From positions 128,001-192,000 of the forward strand of contig OZ242164.1 of NCBI GenBank assembly GCA_965205335.1: 64,000 bases of DNA, in the 5' to 3' direction. The DNA comes from Candidatus Woesearchaeota archaeon. GTDB taxonomy: Archaea; Nanobdellota; Nanobdellia; Woesearchaeales; UBA583. Below the pieces are notes generated by a model. The model saw nothing but the letters and a program-made list of their open reading frames with translations, had not been told where the DNA came from and searched no databases. Position numbers and translations under genes: made by a program. The number at the start of each line of letters is the position of its first letter. The stretch's first letter is position 1. This document shows positions 10,855 to 20,683 of this stretch, one piece after another.

Positions 10855-11551
10855 TAGAGAATTCTTTCTTCTTCTGAAGGCACTTCAATTTCTTTTTTGC
10901 CATTTTCTTCATTTTTAGATTTATTAGAAACAAATTTTATTGAATATAAATATTTTTTTAAGGAAGTAATATTTCTAGGAATGAATAATTCCATAATGTA
11001 TTTTATTTTGGACAGTAGCAAAGAAATTTTTTGTCTGTACGGAGTTTTTGTCATAATCAATTGAAGTTGAGTAAATATCAGTTATTTTCTGGTAGAAATT
11101 CCTTTCACTTGTTCTTATGTCTCTTATTCGCTCAATTAGTTCGTCAAAATAGTTTTTGTCTAAGTCTCTGCCCTGTTTTAATTGTTTGTCATCTAAGACA
11201 AAGCCTTTTATGATGAATTCTTTTAAGTGTTTTGTTGCCCAGATTCTAAATGCAGTTGCTTTTTTTGAATTTACTCTGTAACCTACTGAAATTATAGCGT
11301 CAAGATTGTAGAATCTGACCTGATAAGTTTTGCCATCACTGGCAGTTATCCGATAATATTGGATAACTGAATTTTCTTTTAGTTCTCCACTTTCAAAGAT
11401 GTTTTTTAGGTGATGATTGATAGTTCTAATGTCCACTTCAAAGAGTTGTGCCATTAATCTTTGGGAAAGCCAGATGTTTTCATCTTTAAAGAAAACTTCA
11501 ATTCTGATTTCTTCATTTTTTCTATTGAATAAGACAAAATCTCTTGCTCAT
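10855..11551 (-). pseudogene. RhuM-family protein, frameshifted and truncated
   Basis: YNLDAIISVGYRVNSKKATAFRIWAT, ERIRDIRTSERNFYQKITD; broken 5' and 3' frames. Confidence 0.8.
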
Positions 11552-11753
11552 TTTTAATTAAATCATTTCTAAAACTTCTTTTATTTTGTTTTCTATAATT
11601 TCAATTAATAATTCATTTTGTTTTTTAATCTCTTCTTCTTTTTCAACTTCTGCAACAAATTCAGTTGCTTTTTACCTTAAATATGAATATTGTTTATAAT
11701 TTGTAGAGTTTCTGGAGTTTATAAGAATAGATGAATTAAATTTATAGAAAATA

Positions 11754-12722
11754 TTAAATAATTGTTGTAGATGAATTACAATATGGGCACTTTGCGATGG
11801 TGTAAGGTTTACCATAGATTATCTTATTACATTCAACACATCTCACTTCCTTTTCAGAATTATTTCCTTCAAATAATGATTTTGCTCTAGTTTTGGTTAA
11901 ATCTAATCCAAATAAGGATGCTGAATCAGATTTAAATTCAGGAATTGAATCTATAAATTTTGGTGTTAAAAAAAGAGTTTTTAGAGGTCTAGATATAGAA
12001 TTTTGATAATTTTCTTCTTCAAGTATTTGATCATCAGTAATTTTCTTGGTTTTAAATTCTTCTCTGAAAAATCTTGAGAGAGATTTGTAAAGTTTAATGT
12101 TAGATTTTTTTTTCTTTTTCCATTCTTTTTTCAGAAAAGAATTAATATTATCATCATTTAAGTTAGATATAAAATCTTTATCTACAGTAATAAGAATTAA
12201 CTCCTTACCATTATCTACATTTTCTAGGAGAATAAGCCAATTAATACAATCTCCATAAGAGTTATTTTTTCCAGGGGGATTTCCTTTCTTATATCTTTCT
12301 TCAGCTAAAGTTATAATTTTTCCATCAATTTTTATTATTGAATTTTTCTTAAATAACTTGCTAAAAGACTTATCTATAGTTAATTTTTCATTTGATGAAT
12401 CCTTTAATAATTTAGGATGTACCTTTTTAGCAAATTTATTAATTTCTTTAATTCTTTTTTCAATAGCTTTAATACTTTTATTATTTTTACAAAAAGATGG
12501 TGTACTAAATGATTTTTTTTCAAGATCTTTAATGCTTTTTAATGAGGCTTCTAATTTAGCTTCTCTATTTCTATAAAATTCATCAATTACTTGCTCTGTC
12601 AAATATAATTTTATTTTCTTAGTCTCAATTTTTTTAATTAATTCTTCCAACAAATTTGGATGGTCGTCAGTTAAACTATAAATTCTTAAAAATATATTTG
12701 CATCAATAAAAATATGCTTCAT
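11754..12722 (-). CDS. PIN-domain protein (DUF4935-like) with C-terminal Zn ribbon
   Basis: IFIDANIFL, PPGKNNSYGDCINW, ITVDKDF; CVEC...CPYC. Confidence 0.8.
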   Translation of the reverse strand: MKHIFIDANIFLRIYSLTDDHPNLLEELIKKIETKKIKLYLTEQVIDEFYRNREAKLEASLKSIKDLEKKSFSTPSFCKNNKSIKAIEKRIKEINKFAKKVHPKLLKDSSNEKLTIDKSFSKLFKKNSIIKIDGKIITLAEERYKKGNPPGKNNSYGDCINWLILLENVDNGKELILITVDKDFISNLNDDNINSFLKKEWKKKKKSNIKLYKSLSRFFREEFKTKKITDDQILEEENYQNSISRPLKTLFLTPKFIDSIPEFKSDSASLFGLDLTKTRAKSLFEGNNSEKEVRCVECNKIIYGKPYTIAKCPYCNSSTTII

Positions 12723-12771
12723 ATTTTTTTATATCTTCTTAAATTTAAATATTTTTTTTTCTTTAATGGTG

Positions 12772-13050
12772 TGTAGTGCCATAACATATGTCACCACCTT
12801 AACTTTCTCTGAAAGTTGTCAAACTCATAAGAAGAAGTTTGATTAAATAAACTCTCATAGTCTCTAAAAATATTGTGCCTCATACCTAAATAACTATAGA
12901 TATGCTTTTCACAGAGTATTTTCTTGCATTTAGAATAAGAGTTTCGCCTAACTCTTAATTTTATGAAAACTATTCTAATTTCGCCTTTTTACATAAATTT
13001 AACAAAAATTGTTAATTTTTAGACTGGTGACATATGTCATGATACTAACA
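12772..13050. mobile_element. Family-2 MITE/IS remnant with TGTAGTGCCATGACATATGTCACCA-type ends
   Basis: Imperfect terminal inverted repeats at both ends; related ends at ~20684-20755 and ~50108-50170. Confidence 0.7.
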
Positions 13051-13082
13051 CTTCTTTCATATTATAAATTATCATATGCTTT

Positions 13083-15686
13083 TTAATCCTCATAAACTAT
13101 CCAATAATTAAAATTTTTCTTCCGCCCATCCTTAAGTTCAATTTCCTCTGGAAATTCAAATGTGCCCATCTTTTCATTTAAACTAAATCTTTTTCTAACA
13201 TACAACCCAACTAAAGATGGATCTTTTGAAATTGAAGGAAGGAGATGGAATTTTTCAGATTTTTTCATTTCTAAAATCCTCTCAGGAGGAATTAGCTCAT
13301 TTGAATTAATATTTATTAATTTAGAGAACAATCTTGAAATTATAAACTGTTCAAATGGCTTATACTTATCTAAATCGTGTCCTCTAAACATAATCGGCAC
13401 GAGGAAAACATAACAGGTATCTTCTGTTACAGGATGTTTGTATGGATAATAGTAGCTAATCACTGGAAATTCATCTAAGATTTTAGGTCGACTGTGCATA
13501 AGAGAATAATTATAAATTTCATGAAACAAATCTTCAACTTTTTTTGGGTAAGAAGATATTCCTCTTGAATCAATTACATAACCTCTTGGCAAAGAATCTG
13601 GTTTTTCATATATTAAACTATATAATTTCGTTAAAACTGCATCAGGGCTTCTTCCAAAGAATTCTTGTGATATTTCCGGCTTACTTCTTATCATTAATTT
13701 CAATTCATCCAAATATTTATCATATAAAGAAATTAATCTATTTACATCCTCATCACTCCACGGAGAGTTAAGAATTGAAAACTTTGTTTCTTGTTCCAAG
13801 AAAGGCTCGAAAAGACCATATTTCTTAAAAAGTCTTTTTACTTCAGTAGGACTTGCTTCTCTTAAAAATTTTTTAAATGTCTCGGAGAGTGAAAAAATAT
13901 CTTTATTCTCTTCTTTATATTTTGAAATACTTAAATAGTAAGATTTGTATGGACCTTCAGAACTCCTTTTAATAATTGTTTGACAAATATTCTCTATTTT
14001 CTCTGTTTCATATTCACGTAATCTGTCTTTGTATAAACCAAGTTCAACTAATTGAGGCAATATCTCTTCCATATTAGGATTCTTTCCCTCCCACTTGAAT
14101 CCAAGCAAACTAAATAAACCTATATTTGATACAATGAATTTTTTATTAATTTCCTCAATATTACCAATTTTGGAGAAAACTTTCTTAAACGTCTTAGATC
14201 CTAAAAAAATACTTTTATTGTCTTCTTTATATTTTGAAATACTTAAATAGTAAGATTTGTATCCACCACCTTCAGAATTCCTCTTAATAATTGTTTGACA
14301 AATATTCTCTCTTTTCTCTGTTTCATATTCATTTAATCTGTCTTTGTATAAACCAAGTTCAACTAATTGAGGCAATATCTCTTCCATATTAGGATGCCTT
14401 CCCTCCCAAGTAAATTCAAGCAAATTAAATAAACTTTTATTTGGTTCAATGAATTCATTCTTAATTTCCTCAATATTACCAGTTTTGGAGGAAGCTTCAT
14501 TCTTATATTCGTTAAATGTCTTAGATCCTAAAAAAATACTTTTATTGTCTTCTTTATATTTTGAAATACTTAAATAGTAAGATTTGTATGAACCCTCAGA
14601 AGTCCTGTTGATAATTGTTTGACAAATATTCTCTCTTTTCTCTGTTTCATATTCATTTAATCTGTCTTTGTATAAACCAAGTTCAACTAATTGAGGCAAT
14701 ATCTCTTCCATATTAGGATCCTCTCTCTTCCAAGTAAATTCAAGCAAATTAAATAAACTTTTATTTTTTCGAATGAATTCAGCCTTAATTTCTTCAATAT
14801 TACCAATTTTGGAGAAAGCTTCATTCTTAAATTCGTTAAATGTCTTAGATCCTAAAAAAATACTTTTATTGTCTTCTTTATATTTTGAAATACTTAAATA
14901 GTAAGATTTGTAATTACTTTCAGAAGTCCTGTTGATAATTGTTTGACAAATATTCTCTCTTTTCTCTGTTTCATATTCACGTAATCTGTCTTTGTATAAA
15001 CCAAGTTCAACTAATTGAGGCAATATCTCTTCTATTGTAGGATTCTGTCGCTCCCACTTGAATCCAAGCAAATTAAATAAACTTTTATTTGATACAATGA
15101 ATTCATTCTTAATTTCCTCAATATTACCAGTTTTGGAGAAAGCTTCATTCTTATATTCGTTAAATGTCTTAGATTCTAAAAAAATACTTTTATTGTCTTC
15201 TTTATATTTTGAAATACTTAAATAGTAAGATTTGTATGGACCTTCAGAACTCCTTTTAATAATTGTTTGACAAATATTCTCTATTTCCTCTGTTTCATAT
15301 TCACGTAATCTGTCTTTGTATAAACCAAGTTCAACTAATTGAGGCAATATCTCTTCCCTAATAGGATGCTTTTCCTCCCACTTGAATCCAAGCAAACTAA
15401 ATAAACCATTATTTGATACAATGAATTTAGCCTTAATTTCCTCAATATTTTCTGGTAAAAATAATTGTTTGGAATGTAAAAATCCTCTCGTTTTCCAAGG
15501 TCCTACAAATCTAAATAAAGTATTAAGCAATTCCATTGAATGTTTGAGTTTTTCAAAGTTTGATTCTCCTGTCTCAGCTTTAAAATAATTTTCCTTTAAA
15601 TAGTTTACATATGCAATAAAATTATCCTTGTTGATGTTATCTTTTTTAGATACTAGTACTCCTTTAATGTCTTCAAAACGACTCAT
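13083..15686 (-). CDS. Hypothetical protein with ~5 x 108-aa tandem repeats and a Myb/SANT-like domain
   Basis: Repeated core EEILPQLVELGLYKDRL...KSYYLSISKYKE; PWSDEDVNRL...FGRSPDAV motif. Confidence 0.8.
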   Translation of the reverse strand: MSRFEDIKGVLVSKKDNINKDNFIAYVNYLKENYFKAETGESNFEKLKHSMELLNTLFRFVGPWKTRGFLHSKQLFLPENIEEIKAKFIVSNNGLFSLLGFKWEEKHPIREEILPQLVELGLYKDRLREYETEEIENICQTIIKRSSEGPYKSYYLSISKYKEDNKSIFLESKTFNEYKNEAFSKTGNIEEIKNEFIVSNKSLFNLLGFKWERQNPTIEEILPQLVELGLYKDRLREYETEKRENICQTIINRTSESNYKSYYLSISKYKEDNKSIFLGSKTFNEFKNEAFSKIGNIEEIKAEFIRKNKSLFNLLEFTWKREDPNMEEILPQLVELGLYKDRLNEYETEKRENICQTIINRTSEGSYKSYYLSISKYKEDNKSIFLGSKTFNEYKNEASSKTGNIEEIKNEFIEPNKSLFNLLEFTWEGRHPNMEEILPQLVELGLYKDRLNEYETEKRENICQTIIKRNSEGGGYKSYYLSISKYKEDNKSIFLGSKTFKKVFSKIGNIEEINKKFIVSNIGLFSLLGFKWEGKNPNMEEILPQLVELGLYKDRLREYETEKIENICQTIIKRSSEGPYKSYYLSISKYKEENKDIFSLSETFKKFLREASPTEVKRLFKKYGLFEPFLEQETKFSILNSPWSDEDVNRLISLYDKYLDELKLMIRSKPEISQEFFGRSPDAVLTKLYSLIYEKPDSLPRGYVIDSRGISSYPKKVEDLFHEIYNYSLMHSRPKILDEFPVISYYYPYKHPVTEDTCYVFLVPIMFRGHDLDKYKPFEQFIISRLFSKLININSNELIPPERILEMKKSEKFHLLPSISKDPSLVGLYVRKRFSLNEKMGTFEFPEEIELKDGRKKNFNYWIVYED
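13860..15450 (-). repeat. ~324-bp tandem repeat, about 5 units (approximate bounds)
   Basis: Recurrent ttaatttc(c/t)tcaatatt spaced ~324 bp; one unit is 315 bp. Confidence 0.9.
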
Positions 15687-15835
15687 TTTATATTAATGAA
15701 CAACTAATAGTTTTTATAAATATAACTTTTTTAAGGTACTAATTAATCTGGAATACTGACTGTCAATATCAATCTTAATCTGAAATACATGTTTATAACC
15801 ACTAAGATTTTTATATCTTATTGGATTTTTCCTGA

Positions 15836-16594
15836 CTAAATTAAGTTTATCTGAAATCCTCCAAAATACTCTAACAAACCAATTCTAACTGGACTTCTAC
15901 CCAAATACTTCCTCATAAAATAATTCAACCTATTCCCAATAATAGTATTTGCTACCTCAACAAATCTTCTAGGATATACAAATATATCACCATCAAAAGT
16001 TTCTCCTAAGGGACCGAATCTACCTGATAGATAGGATTTGGCATTCCTCAAATCTAAGGAATAACTTCCTGTTGCAATTATTCCAACTCCCTCACCTATC
16101 TTTCCTCTATCTACCAAATTTTTAAGTGCCATTGGCCAACCATTGTAAAATGTGACTTCATCTAGGATAATAATTAAGGGTTTGTGTTCATTAAACTTCT
16201 CAAGGAGTGCTTCAATCAACTCTTGCAAATTCTTCTTTGAATTTAAAACACCAAGTAGCTTTTCATTATCTAAAGAAAAATAAAGTAAAGACTTAGGTGA
16301 AACTCCTTCTTCAATTAGTTTCTTAGTAATGAATTTCAACATTGAAGTTTTTCCAATTCTCCTAGGACCTCTAATTACAACCATCCCAAATTTATTCCTC
16401 TCATTAAAATGTCTATCAAAAAAATTTTCTTTCAAATAAAAATATACTTTTGGGGGTTCATCACTAAGTCCCAAATTTTCAGCATCAACAATATACCTCA
16501 ATGCTTCATCTTCCTTGTACCAGTCTTCATTAGTAATCCAAGGACTTTCCTGCAAAACTAGATCTACTAAATCATCAATCTCCTTTCTTTCCAT
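15836..16594 (-). CDS. AAA+ ATPase (COG1373/AAA_14-like), probably 3'-truncated
   Basis: GPRRIGKT, IIILDEV, ATGS...LSGR; ends early for this family. Confidence 0.75.
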   Translation of the reverse strand: MERKEIDDLVDLVLQESPWITNEDWYKEDEALRYIVDAENLGLSDEPPKVYFYLKENFFDRHFNERNKFGMVVIRGPRRIGKTSMLKFITKKLIEEGVSPKSLLYFSLDNEKLLGVLNSKKNLQELIEALLEKFNEHKPLIIILDEVTFYNGWPMALKNLVDRGKIGEGVGIIATGSYSLDLRNAKSYLSGRFGPLGETFDGDIFVYPRRFVEVANTIIGNRLNYFMRKYLGRSPVRIGLLEYFGGFQINLI

Positions 16595-16684
16595 AATTAA
16601 TTACCTTCTTTTCTAATAAATTCTTGGAATAAGATCCAAAACTATTCTTGCTATTCAAACTCGTTCCCATATAATTTCTTTTCT

Positions 16685-17035
16685 TCAAATTCTTAGATTC
16701 CTCTTTTGCAAAACTTTGGAATATATGTTCTCAATCCTCTTATTCATTAGGTTCATTCTATTTGTGTTGTTGTGAATTTGCCTCTGCAAGTCTGAAATTT
16801 TTCTTGATATTTCTTTACTCTCTGTGCTTGAGGCTTCTTCATCTCTCTCAGCATTCTCTCCTCTTGATTTCTCAATATAATTCTTTATAGATTGAACTAT
16901 AAATTTTGATTTTGAAATATCTTCTTCTGAGACAACTGATTCCATTTCCCTTAACAATTCATTGTCTATTCTGAAACTAAGTTTATGTCCTTTGTTGAGT
17001 TTATTTTTTATAGGTTTGTTTAAGTTGTCTGACAT
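16685..17035 (-). CDS. Ribbon-helix-helix + coiled-coil protein
   Basis: LSFRIDNELLREM...SKSKFIVQSI. Confidence 0.65.
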   Translation of the reverse strand: MSDNLNKPIKNKLNKGHKLSFRIDNELLREMESVVSEEDISKSKFIVQSIKNYIEKSRGENAERDEEASSTESKEISRKISDLQRQIHNNTNRMNLMNKRIENIYSKVLQKRNLRI

Positions 17036-17192
17036 AATAATACAATGTGAGACATTATTTATAAACTTTGTTATTGTATGCCCTGAAACAGAATCTATGT
17101 TTCTTATTGGGTTTGTCTTTTATAGGTTTGTTTAAGTTGTCTGACATAATAATACAATGTGAGACATTATGTATAAACTTTGATATTGTATG
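17008..17192. repeat. ~75-bp direct duplication of the RHH gene promoter and start
   Basis: ttttataggtttgtttaagttgtctgacat...tattgtatg occurs twice. Confidence 0.85.
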
Positions 17193-17319
17193 GCTCTGTC
17201 CGGAAACTGTTTTCTCCAAAATCTATGCTAACTATATTCAATCAAAGAAAAAAATTATTTGTTAAAAATTACTTTATTGATACAATATTTTAAGTTCTCT
17301 TGAATTTCCAGACAGAGCC
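17192..17319. mobile_element. Family-1 MITE (complete)
   Basis: GGCTCTGTCCGGAAACT...AATTTCCAGACAGAGCC, 128 bp. Confidence 0.9.
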
Positions 17320-17425
17320 TAAAAGATAGTTCTAATCAAAATTTATCTGTAATTCATTCTTGTGACTCACATTCTTAGCACTATTTTCAAATCTCTTTAA
17401 AATCTCTTCCTTGGGTTCATTTCTT

Positions 17426-17998
17426 TCAATTTTCAAAGTCTTCTTTTTTAATTAAAACATATTTTTCCACATTCTGTAATAATTCATTTGACCTTGAAAA
17501 ATTAGTATTTCTGTCTCTATTAAAATAAGTGTAAAGAATTGTTTTAACTCCCTTTTTGTAAGCATTGTTTATCGCAGGAATAAAATCAGTATCACATGCA
17601 ATTAGAATTACATTTTTTATATTTGGATATTTAGCAGAAGTCTCAATTAAATCAATAGTTAGCAAAGTATCAACTCCTTTTTGAGAAAACTTGTACCTAT
17701 TACCCTCTTTTACTCTTTGACACCTTCCTTCTCTTATAGTAATTATTGAATTTTTCTTAAGTTTTAGAAGAAATTTATCATAATTTTCTTTTCTTCTGTT
17801 TTCATCTTCTGTTGGTCTATTTGAAACAAATGGTGGGGCAGTATAATAAAAAATCCTTTCAATCTTAAAATTTTCTTTTTTAGCAAAAATATTTAGTAAA
17901 CTAGTTATATCAAATTTCAGATATTTTCCATTTCCCAAGTATTGAGAGAGTTTTGAAAGAAATCCAGCATCAACTAGTATAAGTGTTCTCCTATTCAT
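17426..17998 (-). CDS. NYN-domain ribonuclease, class 1
   Basis: ILVDAGFL, FYYTAPP, QKGVDTLL, IACDTDFIP. Confidence 0.9.
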   Translation of the reverse strand: MNRRTLILVDAGFLSKLSQYLGNGKYLKFDITSLLNIFAKKENFKIERIFYYTAPPFVSNRPTEDENRRKENYDKFLLKLKKNSIITIREGRCQRVKEGNRYKFSQKGVDTLLTIDLIETSAKYPNIKNVILIACDTDFIPAINNAYKKGVKTILYTYFNRDRNTNFSRSNELLQNVEKYVLIKKEDFEN

Positions 17999-18038
17999 TA
18001 AGAATTCTTAGAAGAAATACTTTATAAATTTTATCTAA

Positions 18039-18093
18039 GGGGGTGTAGAACATCATCTAGAAACCCCACCCCGAGATCTCTAGGGTGCATGTT
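18039..18093 (-). ncRNA. Putative pseudoknot sRNA upstream of NYN (class 1, copy 2)
   Basis: S1 CUAGAGAUCU/GGGUUUCUAG, S2 GGGGUG/CACCCC; own TATA box upstream. Confidence 0.65.
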
Positions 18094-18181
18094 AGTTTAT
18101 TCTAAGACTTCTTTATTTATATAGTTTTCTATGTTTTCTAAACTTTCTATACTGACTTAGGGTGTTAGGTGGATATTTTGC

Positions 18182-18868
18182 TCAGTTTCTTGTTCCCTCA
18201 AATTCCATTGAAAAGATTCTAGTGTAGATTGTAACTTTTACTCCTTTTTTTCCTTTAGTGAATAAATTTAAGGTTCTATCGTCTATGTAGTTGTCTATTA
18301 GTTTTATTGATTTTTTGGCATTTCTTATTAGGTCTGAGATAAATTTGTGTGCATCAAATAGTTGTCCTTCAAAGAATATTCCTTTTTGGGGTTTTATGTC
18401 TGGGTTTTTAAGTAGTGAGAATATTTTGTTGAAGTTGGTGTCATAGTCCAATAATTTGTTCTCAATAACATTTAATCTATATAGCATATCTTGATTTTCA
18501 GAAATAAATTTTTTCATTTCTATGAATGCATTTATTATCTGAATGCTTATTTTGATTGCGGTTTTGCTGTGGAGTACTGCTGAGAGCATTGAAACTCCTT
18601 GTTCTGTAAAGACGTAAGGTAATTTTCTCCTTCCTCCATGTTTATGACTTGAAGTCACAATTTGTGACATCAAGTTTTCATATTCTTGTTTGATCATTTG
18701 AAACATAAATTCTTTTGGGAATCTTTCAATATTTCTTTTTACTGCTTGATTTAGCACTTTTGTTTCAACTTGGTAGAATTTAGCCAAATCAGAATCAAGC
18801 ATGACTTGAACTCCTCTAATGATATGAATTTTGTTTTTTATGTTTTTGATTAATTCAGCTCTTTCCAT
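18182..18868 (-). CDS. ORF6N-domain DNA-binding protein
   Basis: IRGVQVMLDSDLAKFYQVETKVLNQAVKRNIERFP; PYVFTEQGVSMLS. Confidence 0.9.
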   Translation of the reverse strand: MERAELIKNIKNKIHIIRGVQVMLDSDLAKFYQVETKVLNQAVKRNIERFPKEFMFQMIKQEYENLMSQIVTSSHKHGGRRKLPYVFTEQGVSMLSAVLHSKTAIKISIQIINAFIEMKKFISENQDMLYRLNVIENKLLDYDTNFNKIFSLLKNPDIKPQKGIFFEGQLFDAHKFISDLIRNAKKSIKLIDNYIDDRTLNLFTKGKKGVKVTIYTRIFSMEFEGTRN

Positions 18869-19066
18869 TTAAATCACCTTCAATTTTCACTAATATCTCT
18901 TTAATAGTGAATTTAAAATAAAATTATAGTTTTAATAAATTATCTCCCCTTAATTCCTCTATTTGAATTTATAGACAAATCTGTTTCTTAAAAATCATTG
19001 GGTCTCAAAAAACAACCAGAACCTTTTTTAACAATATTTATAAATTATAAGAAATCTATTATATTT

Positions 19067-19138
19067 GTCCGGGCATCAGGTTCGGGACGGTGGCCTGTCA
19101 AGTTGCTGTCGTTGGGTTCAATTCCCACTGTCCGGACA
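19067..19138 (+). tRNA. Non-canonical tRNA-like gene, anticodon GUC (Asp)
   Basis: Acceptor GTCCGGGCA/TGTCCGGAC, anticodon loop CTGTCAA, T-arm TGGG-TTCAATT-CCCA; upstream TATA and downstream T-tract; weak D-arm. Confidence 0.65.
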
Positions 19139-19139
19139 T

Positions 19140-19160
19140 CTTTTTTTTATCTTTTTTTAA
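19140..19160 (+). terminator. Oligo-T terminator of the tRNA-like gene
   Basis: cttttttttatctttttttaa directly after the gene. Confidence 0.6.
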
Positions 19161-19222
19161 TTGAGAAGAAACTCAATTAATTACCTTATGTATATCACTA
19201 TTTATAAACCTAACGCTTTCAT

Positions 19223-19350
19223 GGCTCTGTCCATAAATTCAAGAGAACTTAAAATATTGTATCAATAAAGCAACTTTTGATAAATAATTTCTTTCTTTGA
19301 TTGAATATATTTAGCATAGATTTTGGAAAAAACAATTTATGGACAGAGCC
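19223..19350. mobile_element. Family-1 MITE (left end of composite transposon 1)
   Basis: Perfect 17-bp TIR GGCTCTGTCCATAAATT, 128 bp. Confidence 0.92.
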
Positions 19351-19472
19351 ACCAATACAATAAATTTATAAATTAGTAGTTAGTTCTTAGTTTAGATATA
19401 GTTGATAAATTTTTATAAATTATTTCTTAGTTAAATTGATTTATAGTTTTTACAGATATATCCTAGTTAAAA

Positions 19473-19604
19473 ATGGAAGATAATAGAGAGAAATATAAAG
19501 TAAAGTGTTCTGAGTGTGATGCTGAAACGGAAGTTCCTTTTAAACCAACGGAAGGGAGACCTGTTTATTGTAAAGAATGTTACAAGAGTAGAAAGAGGTT
19601 TTAA
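19473..19604 (+). CDS. CxxC-x17-CxxC zinc-ribbon protein (43 aa, not in the ORF track)
   Basis: MEDNREKYKVKCSECDAETEVPFKPTEGRPVYCKECYKSRKRF. Confidence 0.88.
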   Translation: MEDNREKYKVKCSECDAETEVPFKPTEGRPVYCKECYKSRKRF

Positions 19605-19654
19605 CCTTAGTAATCAATACTTTCAGGTATTGTAAGTGAATGATATATGTAATA

Positions 19655-20678
19655 GGCTCTGTCCATAAATTAATTTTTTTAAAATAAAAGAGATGAAAAT
19701 ACTATTTGATACTAAAACATTATCATTTTTCTTTTGAAAATTATCCAATTTTCATAGAAGAAAATTACATAAGAAAGTTTTTTTCTAATGTTATACCACA
19801 GAATATTCTATGCCATCTCCCTTTTTTTCATAAAATGTATCCTACTTCTGATATTTAGGCCTTGAACTCTCTTGAGGGATGAAAACACACTCTCGACATT
19901 GTTCCTTTTATTGTATATTTCTTTGTTTTTGAAGTATTTTTGTTTGATTTTCCAATGCTTAAAAGCATTATGCTTGGTTTTTGCATAGTCTTTTGGCGGG
20001 AAAATCAAATCTATATCTTTATCATTTAGAAAATCTAAATGATCAAAGGAAAAATATCCTTTGTCTGCCACAATAACACTCTTCTTTATTTTGAGTCTTT
20101 TGAAAAGTTTGTTTGCAACTTTTGAATCATGCTGATTCTTAACCAAGAAAGAATAAGTCAATTATTTGTTTAGAGCCTTGTACGTCACAAATTATATCTA
20201 ATTTGTGCCAAGGTGATTTGGGTTCAAATCCAATCCGATGTTTGTAATAAGTAGTTTTATGGTCTGCATCAATTCCCGAACCATCAATTGCTACAATGTC
20301 TGGATTAGGATTTTCTAAAGAAAGTCTAATTAGGTTGCGGATAAAACTAACTGAGAAGAACTTTAACCACTTATGAAGTGTTGATTTCTTTGGAAGGCGT
20401 TTTAACTGCAACCAATGTTTCCAAATAGTTAAACTGCCGTCTATGTTGCTTACAAACCTTCTAAAGGATTTTCCTGATTGGATGTATAAGACTATTATAG
20501 AAACTCTTTGATAATTGTTAAAGAGTTTGCAACCTCTCACAAAATTGTGAGGCCTTAACCTTAAACTATGACAAAGTTTAAGTACTTCCATATGTAAACT
20601 ATTAGTAAAGTTGGTGTGTTCTAACATAAAAAACTATCAACTTTACACTTTATTAATTCTTCGATTTGAATCAGTGCC
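19655..20678 (-). mobile_element. IS5-family element, defective copy
   Basis: Near-identical to 45445-46474; 7-bp deletion in the right-hand TIR. Confidence 0.9.
19712..20627 (-). pseudogene. Transposase pseudogene
   Basis: 1-nt insertion near 20157 (frameshift) and TGG->TAG near 19808 relative to the intact copy. Confidence 0.9.
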
Positions 20679-20683
20679 GCTTT

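Larger units (their letters stand above)
19223..20678. mobile_element. Composite transposon 1: MITE + CxxC gene + IS
   Basis: 8-bp direct repeat GCTTTCAT at 19215-19222 and 20679-20686. Confidence 0.8.

Noticed and set aside
19067-19138. tRNA-Sec or tRNA-Pyl
   Set aside because: The 9/4-like stems are suggestive, but the centred anticodon is GUC and there is no long variable arm or extended D-stem
18998-19180. 60-aa ORF over the tRNA-like gene
   Set aside because: TTG start, no motif, and fully overlaps a better-supported RNA gene
20139-20161. Programmed frameshift in the split transposase
   Set aside because: Comparison with the intact copy shows a single-base insertion plus a separate nonsense mutation, so it is a pseudogene
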